From an uncultured Clostridia bacterium (lineage in GTDB: Bacteria; Bacillota; Clostridia; TANB77; CAG-508), in NCBI GenBank assembly GCA_963931155.1, contig OZ006978.1:131357-195356 (forward strand): a stretch of DNA of 64,000 nt. The letters are read 5' to 3'. The position numbers were made by a program, and so were the translations under genes. Shown here in pieces: positions 20,510 through 33,754 of this stretch (the stretch's first letter is position 1; each line of letters starts with the position of its first letter). The notes under the pieces are model-generated. The model searched no databases, had not been told where the DNA came from, and saw only the letters and a program-made list of their open reading frames with translations.

Positions 20510-20995
20510 TTAAAGTTTAACAGAAAATTTAGATGAGTGTGCATGACATATAGCTGCTGCCATACTATCTGTTGTATCATCTAGTTTTGGTAGCTTATCA
20601 ACTCCTAAAATTGTTTTTACCATTTTTTGAACTTGAATTTTATCAGCTCTACCATAGCCTACAACAGCTTGTTTTATTTGAAGTGGAGTATACTCATATG
20701 TAGGAATGTTTTTCCTACATCCTACAACCAGTATCACTCCTCTTGCTTGTGCAACATTAATTGCTGTTTTAGCATTATTATTAAAAAATAACTCCTCTAC
20801 AGATATAGCATTTGGTTTATATGTATCAATTATATTCTCTAAATCATTATTTAACTTTAAAAGTCTTAAAGGAAATGATTCACCGGCATTAGTTAGTACT
20901 GCTCCAGATGTTATAAGTTTAAATCTATTTCCTATATAATCTATTATGCTATAGCCTGTAATTGCAAATCCAGGATCTATTCCAAGTATTCTCAT
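20510..20995 (-). CDS. ruvC: crossover junction endodeoxyribonuclease RuvC
   Basis: MRILGIDPGFAITGYSII... catalytic Asp/Glu pattern, 161 aa. Confidence 0.9.
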   Translation of the reverse strand: MRILGIDPGFAITGYSIIDYIGNRFKLITSGAVLTNAGESFPLRLLKLNNDLENIIDTYKPNAISVEELFFNNNAKTAINVAQARGVILVVGCRKNIPTYEYTPLQIKQAVVGYGRADKIQVQKMVKTILGVDKLPKLDDTTDSMAAAICHAHSSKFSVKL

Positions 20996-21040
20996 ATTAT
21001 TACCTTCTTTTTGTGTTTCTCTTTTGAAATTTTATTTATA

Positions 21041-23071
21041 TTATTTTGTTACTATTCTTAATACTTCAGCTACACTCCATGCCTGAGCTATTGTTCCTTG
21101 TGGCATATATTTTCTTTTTTCTATATCATATAATTCACAAATACTGCCAACAGAGTTTCCTTTTTCAATTTCCTTAGAAAAAGTTTTTTTAGTAGTTTCT
21201 TTAAAACTATTCAACTTTTCTTCTAATTCTTTTTTAGCTTTCTTTCCACTTTCATTTTTTATCATATTTCTTAAACTATCATAATACAATCCTAAAAGCC
21301 ATGGCCATATAACACCTTGATGATAACTCATATCTCGTTTCATCATATCTCCTTCATATCTATCTATATAGCCAGGTTCTCCTTTTGCGAGGGTTCGTAA
21401 TCCATAAGGTGTAAGTAACTTTTTCTCTACTGTAGAAATTATCTGTTTAGCTTCCTCACTATTAGGATTTATAACTGGATAAGATAACGAAAGTGCAAAT
21501 AATTGATTAGGTCTTATTTTAGAATCTCCTAAAACATCATATAAACATTTTCTTCTTTTATTAAAGAATTTTTCATTAAAACTTTTTTGAGTTCTTTTTG
21601 CAATATCAGCATATTTTTTAGCTTTATCTTTCCCTTTCATTAGCCCAGTTAATTCTTCCATAATTTTTAGGGCATTGTACCATAAACTATTAATTTCAAC
21701 AGCTTTACCATTTCTAGGTGTAACAACAAATTCCCCAATTTTAGCATCCATCCAAGTATTTTGAATTTTTTCAGTTCCTGATGAAATTAAATAATCTGAA
21801 TCTAAATATATATTATTTCCATCAATATCTATCCTGTCTTGGTATGCAGTTATTATTTTTAATAATGAAGGATATATATTTTCTTTTACCCATTCATAAT
21901 CACCTGTATAATTTAAAAACTTTTTAACTTGTTCAAATAATAATAATGATGCATCTGCACTATTATATAAAGGTCTTGAATCAAAACCAGAATATCCATT
22001 TGGTACTAATCCATATTTAATATCTCTTATGCATGTAAGAAGAACTTCTTTCGCTTCTTTATATCTTTTCGTTTTTAATAATAGTCCCTCAAAAGATATT
22101 AGAGAATCTCTCCCCCAATCTAAAAACCAAGGATATCCCGCTATTACTGTATATAAAGCAAACGAAGGTCTATATACAATAAAATTATCTGTAGTAAGAA
22201 TTAAGTCCTTTAAAAACTTAGCATATTCTTTATCTTTAGCCTCTTTTTTATTTTCTTTTAATAATTCAGAATGTTCTACAACTTTACACAATCTTAATAT
22301 TTCTTTATTTATAAGTTCTTTTCCTTCTATCTCTTCAATGTTCTCTTCTAATGAGCATACAAATGTAAAATCTTTTTCTTTATTTGGTTCAATATCTACT
22401 TCATACACTCCAGGTACAGCATGATTATCCCAAGGGCCTTGTCCTCTTTTTTCCTCTTCTATATAATACATATCATAAAACATATCGTCATTATGTTCTA
22501 TATATTTTCCTTCTTTTAGAAATATATACACAGGATATTGAGAATTTTTATCAATAATTAATTTAACTTTATTATTATCTATTTGTTGGTTAACTTCAAT
22601 TTTTTCCTCATTGTTTGTAGTATGGAAACCTCTAAAATTTATTACTGGTGCTAATTTCATTTTAATTTTTTTATCTTTGTTTTTAATGTTATAATATACT
22701 GCTACTGTATTTTTTCCATAATCCATGCAGATATATTTTTTTATTATTATTCCTTCAACTTCATAAGTAAAAATAGGTATAAATTCTTTTTGAAATTCTA
22801 CCAAATTCTTATATCCATCAGATATATAATTTTTGCATACATTTGTATATAAATTATATTGCTTTTCTCCTATAACTATACTTTCATCTAGTTTTGAAAG
22901 TATAACTTGTCTATCTCCTGGTGGCATTAAAGGAGCAATTAAAAGCCCATGATATTTCCTAGTATTCGCTCCTATAATTGTAAAACTGCTATATCCACCA
23001 ATTCCATTTGTTATAAGCCATTCTTTTTTCAAACCATTTTCTAAAGATAAATCTGCATTACTATATTTCAT
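21041..23071 (-). CDS. glycogen debranching enzyme family protein (GDE N-terminal domain plus amylo-alpha-1,6-glucosidase domain)
   Basis: N-terminal GIGGYSSFTIIGANTRKYHGLL motif and C-terminal (alpha/alpha)6 glucosidase-like region. Confidence 0.7.
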   Translation of the reverse strand: MKYSNADLSLENGLKKEWLITNGIGGYSSFTIIGANTRKYHGLLIAPLMPPGDRQVILSKLDESIVIGEKQYNLYTNVCKNYISDGYKNLVEFQKEFIPIFTYEVEGIIIKKYICMDYGKNTVAVYYNIKNKDKKIKMKLAPVINFRGFHTTNNEEKIEVNQQIDNNKVKLIIDKNSQYPVYIFLKEGKYIEHNDDMFYDMYYIEEEKRGQGPWDNHAVPGVYEVDIEPNKEKDFTFVCSLEENIEEIEGKELINKEILRLCKVVEHSELLKENKKEAKDKEYAKFLKDLILTTDNFIVYRPSFALYTVIAGYPWFLDWGRDSLISFEGLLLKTKRYKEAKEVLLTCIRDIKYGLVPNGYSGFDSRPLYNSADASLLLFEQVKKFLNYTGDYEWVKENIYPSLLKIITAYQDRIDIDGNNIYLDSDYLISSGTEKIQNTWMDAKIGEFVVTPRNGKAVEINSLWYNALKIMEELTGLMKGKDKAKKYADIAKRTQKSFNEKFFNKRRKCLYDVLGDSKIRPNQLFALSLSYPVINPNSEEAKQIISTVEKKLLTPYGLRTLAKGEPGYIDRYEGDMMKRDMSYHQGVIWPWLLGLYYDSLRNMIKNESGKKAKKELEEKLNSFKETTKKTFSKEIEKGNSVGSICELYDIEKRKYMPQGTIAQAWSVAEVLRIVTK

Positions 23072-23214
23072 TTGTTTCCTCCATACTTATTTTTAAGTTC
23101 TCATAAGTTTAATTTGTTTTGTAATTATTTAATGGTATTTATTTGTTTATTTTTTGTTTTGTCTCTTGTTTTTTTGTTTTGTTTTTTACTTTAAAATTAG
23201 TATATATTTTGCAT

Positions 23215-24765
23215 TTATTTCTTATCTGTATATTTTTCTTTTTGCTTTAATTTTATTTCAGATTCTTTAATTGATTCTATTCTATCACTATATTTGGTAA
23301 AAAACTTACTTTTCCTTTGTTTTTTATCTTGTTTTTGTGATTTTTTATGATTTTTTAATTTTTGAGCATTTTCTTTATTTTTTCTCTTTATTGATTTTTG
23401 ATTAGTCTTTAATTTTCTATTAAGCATCATGTATTGAGCATTGTTTTCCATATTATTAAATTTCAAATCATCACATATTAGTTGAATAACTGTAGCTGCA
23501 ATAGCATCTGGATTATGACGAATATATCCACGTTCAACCTGTGACAATTTTCTTTGCACCATATATATTCCATCAATTTTAGCTTTAGATACATCTTGCT
23601 CTACAACTTCTCTACCTTCCATATTGTATTTTCTAATGAACTCTGGAACGATTTCTCCAGTATCATATATGCAATATTCAATAACACCTTTGCCAACATG
23701 CTCATTTATTGCCTTTATATGCTCAGATAAAGTATAATCGTCAGTTTGACCCGGTTCTGTCATTAAATTACTAATATATATTTTAAAGCCCTTACTTTCT
23801 TTTATCGCTTTAGCCACACCTTTTACTAAAAGGTTTGGTATAACATTTGTATATAATGAACCTGGTCCAATTATTATTGCATCAGCTTCTTCAATTGCTT
23901 CTAAAACTCCTGGTGCAGGCTTACAATTTGAAGGTTTAATAAAAATTCTATTTATTTTTGAAATTGTTTGGCTTGCTTTTTCTGGTATTTGTTCTTTATT
24001 TTCAATTACAGTACCATCTTCAAGTTCAGCACATATTTTAATATTCTCCATTGTAACAGGAAGCACTTTACCTGTCATATTAAAAATATTTTCAGATTGC
24101 TTTACAGATTCTGCAAAGTCCTTATATATATCTTGCATTGCTGTAAAATACATATCACTAAACTCAAACCCATTTAATCTACCATAATTAAACTTATAAT
24201 TCATTAATCTACCAACAGCATCTTCTTTTTCAGAAAGAGCTATCATACTACTTTTTATGTCTCCCAAAGGTGGCATTGAAAGTTCTTTACTGCTTTCTGA
24301 CTCTGGTTTTCCATAATCAGAAACTGTAACAATTGCAGTTATATTATCAGTATATTTTTTTAATCCTCTAAGCACAACATCTAACCCTGTACCTCCACCA
24401 ATCGCAACTATTTTAGGCCCTTGATTATATACTCTTTTATTAAAAATTAAAGATTTAACATCATTTTTTTCATTAGCCAATCTTTTATCAGTATCTTCAA
24501 CTAAAATTTCCAAAGTTCTTTTTTGTATTGCTATAATACTATAAATTATTAAAATAAAACCTATAACAAAAGCAATTGCAACTTTAGCTAAATGTATAAA
24601 ATCTATTTGTTTACTTGTTAAAACTGAAGCCATCCCATAACAACATAAAATTACACCAACAATTATAAAAAACAACCATCTCTTCATTCTAGTATTAGCC
24701 TTAAACCATCTAAAAAAACCTTTCATTGTAAAATTCATTCCTTTCTCAATCTGCTCTAAAGGCAC
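23215..24765 (-). CDS. yvcK: YvcK/CofD-family gluconeogenesis-factor-like protein with N-terminal TM anchor and Lys-rich C-terminal tail
   Basis: IVAIGGGTGLDVVLRGLKKYTDNITAIVTVSD...PPLGDI matches UPF0052/YvcK core; track start is a GTG, so the true start is probably an internal ATG. Confidence 0.75.
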   Translation of the reverse strand: MPLEQIEKGMNFTMKGFFRWFKANTRMKRWLFFIIVGVILCCYGMASVLTSKQIDFIHLAKVAIAFVIGFILIIYSIIAIQKRTLEILVEDTDKRLANEKNDVKSLIFNKRVYNQGPKIVAIGGGTGLDVVLRGLKKYTDNITAIVTVSDYGKPESESSKELSMPPLGDIKSSMIALSEKEDAVGRLMNYKFNYGRLNGFEFSDMYFTAMQDIYKDFAESVKQSENIFNMTGKVLPVTMENIKICAELEDGTVIENKEQIPEKASQTISKINRIFIKPSNCKPAPGVLEAIEEADAIIIGPGSLYTNVIPNLLVKGVAKAIKESKGFKIYISNLMTEPGQTDDYTLSEHIKAINEHVGKGVIEYCIYDTGEIVPEFIRKYNMEGREVVEQDVSKAKIDGIYMVQRKLSQVERGYIRHNPDAIAATVIQLICDDLKFNNMENNAQYMMLNRKLKTNQKSIKRKNKENAQKLKNHKKSQKQDKKQRKSKFFTKYSDRIESIKESEIKLKQKEKYTDKK

Positions 24766-24803
24766 ATGTACTTATATAAATAATCCTTTAAAACTAATAT
24801 CTA

Positions 24804-25796
24804 CTATTCTCCAATAATTTCAATTTCTAAACTAATAACTTTTCCGGTTTTATTAAACACTTCATCTTTCACATAATTAATTAAATCAATTATATCTTGT
24901 GCTGTAGCATCTCCTGTGTTAATAATAAATCCTGCATGTTTCTCAGATACTTTAGCTCCACCTATTTGTTTTCCTTTTAAACCACATTCATCAATTAGTT
25001 TTGCTGTTATATAATTATCACCTCTTTTAAAAGTACTCCCAGCACTAGGAAAACTAGGTTGTTTTTCTTTTCTTAATTTATTTAGTTCTTCCATCTTCTT
25101 TTTTATATCTTCAGTTTTTCCATGTTTTAGCTTAATTTTTGTTTCTAAAATTACATATCTTCTATGACTAAATATACTATTTCTATAAGAAAACTCTTGT
25201 TCTTCATTTGATAATTCTACTATTTCAGGCTTACTTGACTTCTTTAAAATTTCTTCCAATTCAATATCATCTATATATGTTTTATCAGTTAATTTATCAT
25301 ATCTTTTTAAATCTAAACATTTTGTACTAATAACAACATCCTTCATCTCAGAGCCAAAAGCACCCGCATTCATTTTTATAGCTCCACCAATAGACCCAGG
25401 AATACCTGATGCAAATTCAAGCCCTGTGACTCCTTTGTTCATAAGTTCATGAGATAAAAAAGCAAGATTAACACCTGCACCAGCTGTAACTATAACAGAA
25501 TCATCATCAGCTTCTTCTATACTTATATTTGTAAAATCTATATTTAAAACAAATCCTCTAATTCCTTTATCTCTAACTAAAATATTACTTCCATTACCTA
25601 TAATAGTTATATGAGTATTAGTCTTTTTAGCTATTTTAATAACAAATTTCAATTCATCTATATTCTTAATTTTAACAAAAATATCAGCATTACCACCAAC
25701 TTTAAAACTAGTATGTTTACTCATTGGTTCATTCATATGTATTTGTTCTGCCGGAATAACTTCTGTTAATTTTTGACATAATTCTAAAATTTTCAA
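24804..25796 (-). CDS. murB: UDP-N-acetylenolpyruvoylglucosamine reductase
   Basis: HTSFKVGGNADIF FAD-binding N-terminus and MurB C-terminal domain. Confidence 0.9.
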   Translation of the reverse strand: MKILELCQKLTEVIPAEQIHMNEPMSKHTSFKVGGNADIFVKIKNIDELKFVIKIAKKTNTHITIIGNGSNILVRDKGIRGFVLNIDFTNISIEEADDDSVIVTAGAGVNLAFLSHELMNKGVTGLEFASGIPGSIGGAIKMNAGAFGSEMKDVVISTKCLDLKRYDKLTDKTYIDDIELEEILKKSSKPEIVELSNEEQEFSYRNSIFSHRRYVILETKIKLKHGKTEDIKKKMEELNKLRKEKQPSFPSAGSTFKRGDNYITAKLIDECGLKGKQIGGAKVSEKHAGFIINTGDATAQDIIDLINYVKDEVFNKTGKVISLEIEIIGE

Positions 25797-25874
25797 ACCT
25801 TAAGTCCCCCTATCTAAAATCCATATTGATTTTATCATTTTTAAACAAATATTACAATAGAAAAAAATAATTTT

Positions 25875-25931
25875 GTCACTTTTGGGGACAGGCTCTTTTC
25901 CGCCATCTTTGTCACTTTTGGGGACAGGCTC
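25875..25931. repeat. two copies of 21-bp direct repeat GTCACTTTTGGGGACAGGCTC (36-bp register) in murB upstream region
   Basis: Exact copies at 25875-25895 and 25911-25931, GC-rich within AT-rich DNA. Confidence 0.8.
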
Positions 25932-26133
25932 ACTATAATATAAATTAATATAATAATTTATATTAATAATTAATATTATAATTCATATCAATATTAGCTT
26001 TATTATCTTAATTATTCATTTACTGCATTAAATTAAGCCATCGGATTAGAGATAAACTAAAATTATTAAAAAGTTTTAATAATTTGTTTTCTTTTCACTA
26101 ATGGCTTTTTTAATTATTTATCTTTTTTAGAAT

Positions 26134-26952
26134 TTATTTAATATCAAGCAAATCTCTTTTTATCAATTCAATTACTTCTCTATGTATTTTTCCGTTACTA
26201 ATAACAGCTCCTTTTATACTTTTATCATATCTTTGTTCGTTTCCAAACAAATCTGTAACTTTTCCTCCAGCTTCTTCTACTATAACTTTCACCGCTGCAA
26301 TATCACAATTTTTGTGCAGGGTTCCTGGAAAAATTGCCAAAGAAAAATCTCCTGTTGCAATACACATGCCTGCCCTAATTACACTTCCAAGTCCTACAAA
26401 ATATGCTCTTTTTCTTAATTTATTTAATACCTTTGTAACATCATAATCTGCCTTTGTCCAATAATCAAAATTACAAACAGTTCTTATATCATCAATTTCA
26501 AAATCATTTACGCATATTTTTTCATCATTTTTATATGCACCACTTCCTTTTATAGCTGTATATAAGCTATTAGTAAAAGGGTCAAATACTACACCTACTA
26601 TAGGTTCTCCTTTTATTACAAGAGCAAGTGAAAAAACAGCCACAGGAATATGTCTAGCATACATTGCCGTTCCATCTACCGGATCACATACCCAAACATA
26701 ATCACTACTTTCAAACTGTTCTTCTTCACCATCTACCGAATAGGTTGGATATTTTTCTTTAACCTTTTCTATTAAATATGAATTTATTTCGGTATCTGCA
26801 AGTGTGACAATAGTTTTATCACCTTTATAGCTAGCACCATTACTTTGATTAAAATATTTTAACATTATCTTTCCTGCATTTTTTGCTATATTCTTTGCAA
26901 ACTCTAAATATTCGTTTAACTTATTATCCATTATAACCTCCATTAAACCCAA
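26134..26952 (-). CDS. inositol monophosphatase family protein
   Basis: WVCDPVDGT metal-binding motif and IMPase family fold signatures. Confidence 0.75.
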   Translation of the reverse strand: MGLMEVIMDNKLNEYLEFAKNIAKNAGKIMLKYFNQSNGASYKGDKTIVTLADTEINSYLIEKVKEKYPTYSVDGEEEQFESSDYVWVCDPVDGTAMYARHIPVAVFSLALVIKGEPIVGVVFDPFTNSLYTAIKGSGAYKNDEKICVNDFEIDDIRTVCNFDYWTKADYDVTKVLNKLRKRAYFVGLGSVIRAGMCIATGDFSLAIFPGTLHKNCDIAAVKVIVEEAGGKVTDLFGNEQRYDKSIKGAVISNGKIHREVIELIKRDLLDIK

Positions 26953-27130
26953 TTCATACTCAATGGAAAAATTAAATTAATAACCTTTATAAAAATCTAA
27001 GTAAATAAAATTATTAATTTTAAAATTTAATTGGAACAGAAATTTTAGCATCATTTTTTAATTAATTTCTTTTTAGAAAACTTTAAACTAAAATACATCA
27101 TTTGTCAATAGAATATTAACGCTTAAATAT

Positions 27131-27162
27131 AAAAACACCATCTATAAAATGATGGTGTTTTT
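27131..27162 (-). terminator. rho-independent terminator after HNH gene
   Basis: AAAAACACCATC...GATGGTGTTTTT perfect stem with flanking A/T runs. Confidence 0.7.
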
Positions 27163-27167
27163 ACTAA

Positions 27168-27539
27168 TTAACTTATATATCCTATTTTATTGTGTATTTC
27201 TTTATGACAATTAGAACAAACTAAAATACATTTTAATGCCTCGGCTTTATATTCTTTCCAAGACATAGTATTCCCAGACCCTAGTTTAAATTCTTTAACT
27301 GAGGGATCTTTATGGTGAAATTCTAATGCATCAATACATCGATTGTATCCACAAATAGAACACTTACCTCCTAATAGCTTTACTGCTTGAAGTTTCATGC
27401 TTCTCCTTAAAATTGTTTTTTGATGTTTTCTACTAGTGTTATCTAATCTAGATGAATCACCACTACATTCAAAACAGTAAATACGAGAATATGAATTTGA
27501 ATTAAATTTTTTTCCGCATATTTCACAATATTTAATCAT
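27168..27539 (-). CDS. HNH endonuclease (small zinc-finger HNH nuclease), free-standing next to intron-containing tRNA
   Basis: CxxC...CxxC zinc knuckles, LGGKCSICGY...ALEFHHKDP...CSNCHKEIH HNH motif; start at ATG 27537-27539 with GGAGAAATATT SD. The track's longer 5' extension runs through the terminator and into tRNA 3' exon and is rejected. Confidence 0.75.
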   Translation of the reverse strand: MIKYCEICGKKFNSNSYSRIYCFECSGDSSRLDNTSRKHQKTILRRSMKLQAVKLLGGKCSICGYNRCIDALEFHHKDPSVKEFKLGSGNTMSWKEYKAEALKCILVCSNCHKEIHNKIGYIS

Positions 27540-27552
27540 AATATTTCTCCTA

Positions 27553-27586
27553 TGAAAAAAAACAAGAGAATTGCTTCGTCTTGTTT
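27553..27586 (-). terminator. rho-independent terminator of rRNA/tRNA operon
   Basis: AACAAGA...TCTTGTT stem followed by U7-8 on the minus transcript, immediately 3' of tRNA-Asn. Confidence 0.65.
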
Positions 27587-27594
27587 CTTCATTT

Positions 27595-27904
27595 TGGCTC
27601 CTCATGTTGGACTCGAACCAACGACCTATCGGTTACTGCACTACACTAATTTTCACTAGCATTATATATAATATAATTTGTAGTCTGGACTTTCTCTTTA
27701 CCATATCAGTTATGACTTAGGCAGGTGGTGTAAAGTCTCTACACATAGCTTTCGCCTTGCTCGGTATTACCATCAGCATTACCTGTTACGGCTTTCACCG
27801 AATTAGCCACCTTTTCATCTATAAGTTTCCTTATAGAGCTGCTAACTTCTTGGTTTTTCAACCTGCTCGACAGCCGAGCGCTCTACCAACTGAGCTAATG
27901 AGGA
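27595..27904 (-). tRNA. tRNA-Asn(GUU) interrupted by a 234-nt group I intron in the anticodon loop (exons 27870-27904 and 27595-27635, CCA encoded)
   Basis: Exons join to TCCTCATTAGCTCAGTTGGTAGAGCGCTCGGCTGTTAACCGATAGGTCGTTGGTTCGAGTCCAACATGAGGAGCCA, a perfect cloverleaf apart from a C27-U43 mismatch, anticodon GUU. Confidence 0.8.
27636..27869 (-). mobile_element. group I intron (self-splicing ribozyme candidate, tRNA-intron IC3-like)
   Basis: Follows U35 of exon 1 and ends in G (omega-G). Internal guide 5'-GUUAGCAGCU pairs with exon-1 end GGCUGU (P1, G.U at splice site) and exon-2 start UAAC (P10). Core blocks AAUUCGGUGAAAGCC, ACCGAGCAAGG, GUGUAGAGACUUUACACCACCUGCCUAAG, GGUAAAGAGAAAGUCC resemble Azoarcus/Anabaena tRNA introns as recalled. 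Confidence 0.7.
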
Positions 27905-27910
27905 ATATAA

Positions 27911-28026
27911 ACTGGCGACAACCTATTTTCTCAGCAGGGTAACCCACAAATATCGTCGGCACATTGGAGCTTGACTTCTGTGTTCGGGATGGGAACAGGT
28001 ATTTCCTCCATGTCATAATCACCAGA
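27911..28026 (-). rRNA. rrf: 5S ribosomal RNA
   Basis: TCTGGTG...CGCCAGT helix I, CCCGAACAC and internal conserved blocks. Confidence 0.9.
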
Positions 28027-28238
28027 AAATTTATTTCAATACAAACTACAATAACTTCTTAAAGTAATTTGTATGAATTTACTTGTTTGTTTGTATATTG
28101 TGTGCTTCTTTTTTTGTACTCTCTTAGTATAATACTTTTTGTTTTCTTTTTCAAGTACTTTTACTAAATTTTTTTTACTTTTTTAGCACACTCAAAAATA
28201 CATAGAGAATATCTTTTCGGTTCTTCTTTATTTTTTGT

Positions 28239-31121
<2,883 letters not shown>

Positions 31122-31125
31122 TCTT

Positions 31126-31241
31126 GCTTCAGCTAAACTTCGCATTGCTGTGTCAAACTTCAGTAAAAATTCCCTCGATATACAAACGTATTATCTCGTC
31201 AATTTTTCTTCGTTTTCCTTGCTCTGCTCGTTTATCTTATG
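31126..31241. repeat. ITS repeat copy A (about 115 nt)
   Basis: GCTTCAGCTAAACTTCGCATTGCTGTGTCAAACTTCAGTAAAAATTCCCTCGATATACAAACGTATTATCTCGTC... shared with copies B and C. Confidence 0.8.
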
Positions 31242-31362
31242 CAATCTTAAATTGGTTTCATTGTTAACAAATCCTCAATGTTTAACATTGTCTCTTTGCT
31301 TTTCCTAGTTATGTCTAGTTTACCTTTAATATTCTCTATATATTTTTCAATGTGCTATTTGA

Positions 31363-31478
31363 GCTTCGTCTAAACTTCACATAACTGTGTCAAGCCTCAA
31401 TAAAAATTCCTCGATGTACTAATGTACTATCTCGTCATTTTTATTTTGCTTTCCTTGTTCTGTTCGTTTATACAGTGC
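31363..31478. repeat. ITS repeat copy B
   Basis: About 80 percent identical to copies A and C. Confidence 0.8.
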
Positions 31479-31510
31479 TCACAATTATCTTTCAATTTAG
31501 ATAATCTTTG

Positions 31511-31586
31511 TGGTGGAGCTAAAGAGAGTCGAACTCTTGACCTCCTGCTTGCAAGGCAGGCGCTCTAGCCAACTGAGCTATAGCCC
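31511..31586 (-). tRNA. tRNA-Ala(UGC)
   Basis: GGGGCTATAGCTCAGTTGGCTAGAGCGCCTGCCTTGCAAGCAGGAGGTCAAGAGTTCGACTCTCTTTAGCTCCACCA. Confidence 0.95.
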
Positions 31587-31638
31587 CATAACTTAAGTCA
31601 ATGTACTATATAAAAAGTACATTGAAAAATAAACAATA

Positions 31639-31756
31639 AACTTCTCTGGCTTCGTCTAAACTTCGTATTGCTTCGTTAAGCTTCAGTAAAAATCTCCTCG
31701 ATATACAAACGTATTATCTCGTCGATTTTTCTTTGCTTTCCTTACACTACTCGTTT
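31639..31756. repeat. ITS repeat copy C
   Basis: Third copy, between 16S 3' end and tRNA-Ala. Confidence 0.8.
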
Positions 31757-31784
31757 ATACTGTGCCATTTAGAAACTCTTCTCT

Positions 31785-33343
<1,559 letters not shown>

Positions 33344-33537
33344 AATGGTATATATATTCGCATATTTCTATGCTCTTACATATCGTTTTTAACTAAAGTT
33401 TATTTAGCTCTTTTTTACGCTTTTGCGTATTATTTTTTTTGGTAGATTTACTACCGCTTTATTGGTTTCTCAAAGTTTATTGTTTACTTTTCAATGTGCT
33501 TTTTATGTTCTCAGTCGGTCTCCCGACGACAAGATTA

Positions 33538-33567
33538 ATTTTAGCACAACTTGCACTTCATTGTCAA
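33538..33567 (-). promoter_or_regulatory. sigma-A type rRNA promoter (TTGACA-N18-TAAAAT) with upstream A-tract
   Basis: Minus-strand TATTGACAATGAAGTGCAAGTTGTGCTAAAAT about 200 nt upstream of 16S. Confidence 0.55.
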
Positions 33568-33645
33568 TACTTTTTTTGATTTTTTTAAACTTTTTATGCA
33601 AATTTTTTATGTTGTTTTATGTAACAAACTGTAGCTAAAACATTT

Positions 33646-33671
33646 ATAAAAAAACAGCTTCTCAGAAGCTG
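33646..33671 (-). terminator. rho-independent terminator downstream of sortase-domain ORF
   Basis: CAGCTTC-tca-GAAGCTG followed by U7 on minus transcript. Confidence 0.65.
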
Positions 33672-33754
33672 TTAATTATAATAACATGTTACTCAAAACA
33701 AGTCAATAGTTTTTGAGAATTTTTTTATTTTTTTGAACTTATCTTTTTTTGAAC

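Noticed and set aside
23100-23215. T/G-rich (CAAAA on the coding strand) low-complexity tract upstream of the glycogen-debranching-like gene
   Set aside because: Simple-sequence promoter/UTR composition without defined repeat unit or structure
25875-25931. CRISPR array
   Set aside because: Only two repeat copies, with no spacer-repeat periodicity beyond that; no cas genes in the window
27540-27605. 5' extension of the HNH ORF (track start at 27605, MRSQNEETRR...)
   Set aside because: It would run through the rRNA-operon terminator and into the tRNA-Asn 3' exon. The downstream ATG at 27539 has a strong SD
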